Shown piece after piece: positions 59,961 through 64,000 of a stretch of 64,000 bases of DNA (the first letter of the stretch is position 1; the number at the start of each line of letters is the position of its first letter). The notes beneath the pieces are model-generated. The model saw nothing but the letters and a program-made list of their open reading frames with translations. It was not told where the DNA came from and did no database searches. This DNA comes from an uncultured Paludibacter sp. (GTDB taxonomy: Bacteria > Bacteroidota > Bacteroidia > Bacteroidales > Paludibacteraceae): NCBI GenBank assembly GCA_963677275.1, contig OY781920.1, forward strand, positions 1,009,960 through 1,073,959, in the 5' to 3' direction. The translations under genes and the position numbers were made by a program.

Positions 59961-61931
59961 CTATTTTGTTTTAACTTTTATGTGCTGTTCTGTTTGTTCA
60001 AAACCTATTTTATGCTTTTGGATATTAATGCATTCGAGTAAAGACCTGGTGATGCCTTCGGTATCAAGTCCAAGCATATTATAGAGTTGCTCGGGTGTTC
60101 CATGTTCTACAAAAGTGTCATTTATGCCGAGTCGTTTCACATTTACTTTATAGTTATTGTCGGCCATAAATTCGAGCACTGCGCTTCCGAAACCTCCATT
60201 TATTACGCCATCTTCTATGGTTACAATCTGTTTGAATTTATTGGCCACTTCATGCAGTAACTCGGTGTCGAGCGGTTTCAGGAATCGTATATCGTAATGT
60301 GCTATACTGATGCCTTTTTCTTTTTCTACTGCTTCAATAGCCCGGGCAGCGCTGTAAGCCATGGTACCTATTGTGATTACTGCCATTTCTTCTCCGTCTT
60401 TAAGCTGTTCGCCTTTTCCAATACTAACTTTTTTCATGGGCTGTCTCCAGTTCACTAAATAGCCTTTGCCACGCGGATAACGAATTACAAAAGGTCCTTT
60501 TTTAAATTCCTGAGCAGTGTACATCAGGTCACGCAATTCCGTTTCGTTGCGTGGTGCAGCTATTGTCATGTTTGGGATACAACGCATATAGGCCAGGTCG
60601 AAAATGCCATGATGGGTAGCTCCGTCCGAACCAACTATTCCAGCTCTGTCGAGACAGAAGATAACGGGAAGTTGCTGAAGCGCCACATCGTGAATCACAT
60701 TATCGTATGCCCGTTGCATAAACGAAGAATAGATATTACAAAACGGAATCATGCCGTCTTTGGCAAGACCGGCCGAGAAGGTCACTGCATGTCCTTCGGC
60801 GATTCCAACATCGAAAACCCGTTTTGGTAGCTCCTTTTGCATGATGGTCATCGAACATCCTGAGGGCATGGCGGGAGTAATGGCTACAATTCTTTCATTT
60901 TGTTCTGCTAACTCAAGCAGTGTTTCCCCGAATACATCCTGAAAAAGCGGAGGTATGGGTTCGGTAGGTGTAATTATATTACGCTCTCCGGTTTCTACAC
61001 AGAATTTCCCTGGTGCATGCCATTCGGTCACCGACTTTTCTGCTGGTTCATAGCCTTTGCCCTTTTGTGTGATCAGATGCAATACCTTAGGCCCTCGAAA
61101 ATCTTTAATGTCGGCGAGTATTTTTACCAGATTGTCCACATCGTGTCCATCCACCGGACCAAAATAACGGATGTTCAATCCTTCGAAAATATTATGTTGT
61201 TTCGAAATCGCTGCTTTTACAGTATTATTGAAGCTAATAATTCTATTTTTGCCTTCATCACTTATCAGTCCGAGTTTTTTGAGTGCTTTATATGCTTTGT
61301 ATCGTAAGCGGTTATAAGTTTGCGATGTGGTGATGTCGATAAGGTATTGCGTAAATCCACCCTTTATGGGGTCGATGGCCATCTGATTGTCGTTAAGAAT
61401 AATCAACAGGTTATTTTTGTCCATCGACGTATTATTCAATCCTTCGAAAGCCAGCCCTCCGGTCATGGCGCCATCGCCTATCACGGCCACTACCTGCCGA
61501 TTTGGTTCATTCTTCATCAATGCTGCCACCGACATGCCCAACGCAGCCGAAATAGAAGTGGAAGAATGTCCCACGCCAAAAGCATCATATTCGCTTTCTT
61601 TTGGCGAAGGGAAACCGCATATTCCTTTGAATTGCCGGTTTGTATGGAACTTATCTCTTCTTCCGGTTAGTATTTTATGTCCGTAAGCCTGATGACCAAC
61701 ATCCCACACAATACGGTCGTAAGGGGTGTTGAATACATAATGCAGCGCCACCGTAAGCTCTACAACTCCAAGGCTTGATCCTAAGTGTCCCGGGTTCTTC
61801 GAAACTTCATCAATAATAAATTGTCGGAGTTCATCGCAGACTTTTGTGAGCTCTTTTTTCGGAACTGCTTTTAAATCAACGGGAGAATCTATATTATATA
61901 AGTACTTGTATGTCCTTTCAGTCATTTCCAT
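59961..61931 (-). CDS. dxs: 1-deoxy-D-xylulose-5-phosphate synthase (start 61931 or 61925)
   Basis: [34 protein letters not shown] and DGATHHG motifs. Confidence 0.95.
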   Translation of the reverse strand: MEMTERTYKYLYNIDSPVDLKAVPKKELTKVCDELRQFIIDEVSKNPGHLGSSLGVVELTVALHYVFNTPYDRIVWDVGHQAYGHKILTGRRDKFHTNRQFKGICGFPSPKESEYDAFGVGHSSTSISAALGMSVAALMKNEPNRQVVAVIGDGAMTGGLAFEGLNNTSMDKNNLLIILNDNQMAIDPIKGGFTQYLIDITTSQTYNRLRYKAYKALKKLGLISDEGKNRIISFNNTVKAAISKQHNIFEGLNIRYFGPVDGHDVDNLVKILADIKDFRGPKVLHLITQKGKGYEPAEKSVTEWHAPGKFCVETGERNIITPTEPIPPLFQDVFGETLLELAEQNERIVAITPAMPSGCSMTIMQKELPKRVFDVGIAEGHAVTFSAGLAKDGMIPFCNIYSSFMQRAYDNVIHDVALQQLPVIFCLDRAGIVGSDGATHHGIFDLAYMRCIPNMTIAAPRNETELRDLMYTAQEFKKGPFVIRYPRGKGYLVNWRQPMKKVSIGKGEQLKDGEEMAVITIGTMAYSAARAIEAVEKEKGISIAHYDIRFLKPLDTELLHEVANKFKQIVTIEDGVINGGFGSAVLEFMADNNYKVNVKRLGINDTFVEHGTPEQLYNMLGLDTEGITRSLLECINIQKHKIGFEQTEQHIKVKTK

Positions 61932-62195
61932 GGTAAAAATAGCGTGCAAAATTAATTAAAAAATCAATGTTCTGATATGATTTGTTCATATAATTCATAA
62001 ATAAAAATAAATCAATCGAATTTTAGTAAAAAAAGATTTATGCAGTCAGCAGCAGGTTCATCTCCATCATCGTTTAAGTAATAACAAATAACTATCAAAT
62101 TTGCTCACTATGCAAGAGTAAACTATTTTATTCGAGTTTTTAAACGATAATTTCTTTCAATTTGAATAAAAAATCAAATAAAATCTTCCAAACTA

Positions 62196-62226
62196 TTTGT
62201 GGAAATAAAAAAATGATATATCTTTG
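62196..62226 (+). promoter_or_regulatory. sigma-A promoter of the ilv leader
   Basis: TTTG (62196-62199), 19-nt spacer, TATCTTTG (62219-62226). Confidence 0.75.
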
Positions 62227-62247
62227 CACCCATAATAAAACAACGCA

Positions 62248-62316
62248 ATGAATAATTTTAGTGTTTCTACTCTTCTAGTGAACGTCATTCTACTTTTGGT
62301 CAAAAATCAGAGGTGA
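62248..62316 (+). CDS. ilv operon leader peptide MNNFSVSTLLVNVILLLVKNQR
   Basis: 22 codons with a Leu/Val/Ile run, between the promoter and terminator upstream of ilvD. Confidence 0.8.
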   Translation: MNNFSVSTLLVNVILLLVKNQR

Positions 62317-62353
62317 GTAGGTTCGTTGTATAAACACATGTATTATAAAAGCA

Positions 62354-62393
62354 TAAAACCTTTCTCACCATAACGGAGAAAGGTTTTTTATTT
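62354..62393 (+). terminator. attenuator terminator
   Basis: CCTTTCTC/GAGAAAGG stem plus T6. CTCACC (62364-62369) can alternatively pair with GGTGAG (62312-62317). Confidence 0.82.
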
Positions 62394-62476
62394 AAACACA
62401 CAGCCCGAATAGATTTGGGTGAAATGAATTCAATAATTATTACTAACTAAATTATCCTTACGAGGAAACACGGTTT

Positions 62477-64000
62477 ATGAAATACGAATTACGAAGTCAG
62501 ACAAGTACTGGTGGCCGCCGAATGGCTGGTGCACGTGCTTTATGGAAAGCCAATGGAATGACGAACGAACAAATGGGTAAACCATTGATTGCTATAGTAA
62601 ATTCATTCACTCAGTTTGTTCCGGGCCATGTTCATTTACACGAAATTGGTCAGAAGGTAAAAGCTGAGATTGAAAAATTGGGATGTTTTGCGGCTGAATT
62701 TAATACAATCGCTATTGATGATGGTATTGCTATGGGACATGACGGAATGCTTTATTCCCTTCCATCGCGCGATTTGATTGCTGATAGTGTGGAATATATG
62801 GTCAATGCGCACAAAGCAGATGCCATGGTTTGTATCAGCAATTGCGATAAAATTACACCGGGAATGTTGATGGCTGCTATGCGACTGAATATCCCTACTG
62901 TATTCGTCTCGGGCGGGCCTATGGAAGCCGGTGAACTGGATGGCAAACAACTTGACTTGGTGGATGCTATGGTAAAAGCTGCCGACGATAGCATTTCGGA
63001 TGAACAAATTAAAAAAATTGAAAATGCAGCTTGCCCTACTTGTGGCTCGTGTTCGGGTATGTTCACTGCCAATTCGATGAACTGCCTGAATGAAGCCATT
63101 GGATTAGCGCTTCCCGGAAACGGAACAATTGTGGCTACACATGCCAATCGGATGCAACTGTTTATGGATGCAGCTAAACTGGTGGTTGAAAATTCATACA
63201 AATATTACCGCGATGGCGACCTTACAGTGTTGCCACGTACCATTGCCACGCGCGATGCCTTCCTGAATGCTATGCGACTCGACATTGCCATGGGAGGATC
63301 AACAAATACAGTTTTGCATATTCTTGCCATTGCTCACGAAGCTGAAGTGGAGCTTACAATGGATGATATGGATCAACTTTCGAAGCAGACACCTTGTTTG
63401 TGCAAAGTTGCACCTAACTCACCCAAGTATCATATTCAGGATGTGAATAGAGCAGGAGGAATTATGGGTATTCTTGCCGAACTTAATAAGGGCGGCTTAG
63501 TCAATGCCAGTGTAAACAGAGTTGATGGTTTTACACTGGGCGAAGCGCTGGCTAAATACGATATAACTTCTTCGAACTTGTCTCCCGATGTTGAAGCCAT
63601 TTACAAAAGTGCACCGGCTCATCGCTTTAATTTGGTAATGGGTTCACAAAATACACAATACAAAGAACTTGATGCTGACAGAACTTCCGGTTGTATCCGC
63701 GATATTGCGCATGCTTACACCAAAGATGGAGGATTAGGCATCCTGAAAGGGAACATTGCACAGGATGGTTGTGTTATTAAAACTGCCGGTGTCGACGAGA
63801 GTATATGGAAATTTAGTGGTCCTGCCAAGGTTTTTACATCGCAGGATACCGCCTGTACAGGAATTTTGAATGGAAGCGTAGTGGCAGGTGATGTGGTAGT
63901 GATTACGCACGAAGGTCCTAAAGGTGGACCCGGAATGCAGGAAATGCTTTATCCGACTTCATATATCAAAGCCCGTCATCTTGGAAAAGAATGTGCACTG
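62477..64000 (+). CDS. ilvD: dihydroxy-acid dehydratase (partial, runs off the window end)
   Basis: Manual translation gives [23 protein letters not shown]...[45 protein letters not shown] and [11 protein letters not shown]. It is absent from the ORF track because it has no stop. Confidence 0.96.
   Translation, partial: MKYELRSQTSTGGRRMAGARALWKANGMTNEQMGKPLIAIVNSFTQFVPGHVHLHEIGQKVKAEIEKLGCFAAEFNTIAIDDGIAMGHDGMLYSLPSRDLIADSVEYMVNAHKADAMVCISNCDKITPGMLMAAMRLNIPTVFVSGGPMEAGELDGKQLDLVDAMVKAADDSISDEQIKKIENAACPTCGSCSGMFTANSMNCLNEAIGLALPGNGTIVATHANRMQLFMDAAKLVVENSYKYYRDGDLTVLPRTIATRDAFLNAMRLDIAMGGSTNTVLHILAIAHEAEVELTMDDMDQLSKQTPCLCKVAPNSPKYHIQDVNRAGGIMGILAELNKGGLVNASVNRVDGFTLGEALAKYDITSSNLSPDVEAIYKSAPAHRFNLVMGSQNTQYKELDADRTSGCIRDIAHAYTKDGGLGILKGNIAQDGCVIKTAGVDESIWKFSGPAKVFTSQDTACTGILNGSVVAGDVVVITHEGPKGGPGMQEMLYPTSYIKARHLGKECAL

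Noticed and set aside
62030-62110. GC-richer patch that reads YYLNDDGDEPAADC on the minus strand
   Set aside because: There is no start codon, it is short, and I cannot assign it to any family.
850-63201. Many 60-200 aa ORFs antisense to or overlapping known genes (e.g. 2997-3536, 5231-5731, 17258-17782, 18347-18871, 53199-53810, 62752-63201)
   Set aside because: They are shadow frames of well-supported genes and have no recognisable motifs.

Overview
This is a largely housekeeping region of a Bacteroidales chromosome. Bacteroidetes TAnnTTTG promoters and the gene content suggest a Paludibacter-like anaerobe (inference). Core genes include cdd (partial), a glucosaminidase/LysM protein, DUF721/DciA, gyrA, ispE, dnaB, smpB, recF, class II nrdJ, trkA-trkH-trkH, dxs and ilvD (partial, with a Leu/Val/Ile leader-peptide attenuator). 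Propionate-pathway genes are mce-mmdA-mmdD-mmdC-mmdB, meaB, maeB, and a second carboxyltransferase plus small biotin carrier. The main accessory segment (6.1-18 kb) is a Wzx/Wzy polysaccharide locus. It carries a WcfR/WcfS/UngD2-like AATGal module, a UDP-HexNAc dehydrogenase and no acetyltransferase, so it is a candidate zwitterionic glycan locus. The same segment holds a chimeric, frameshifted pseudogene, a WbuC cupin and an orphan DNA methyltransferase. Best leads: (1) the candidate zwitterionic polysaccharide; (2) a family of modular 7-8-mer mosaic intergenic repeats, two of which form a 58/64-identical inverted pair around a 4-kb segment and sit directly upstream of accessory genes; (3) an MmdC with two tandem biotinyl domains. 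I saw no CRISPR array, rRNA, tRNA or intact transposase. All family assignments come from motif recognition and recall, not from database searches.
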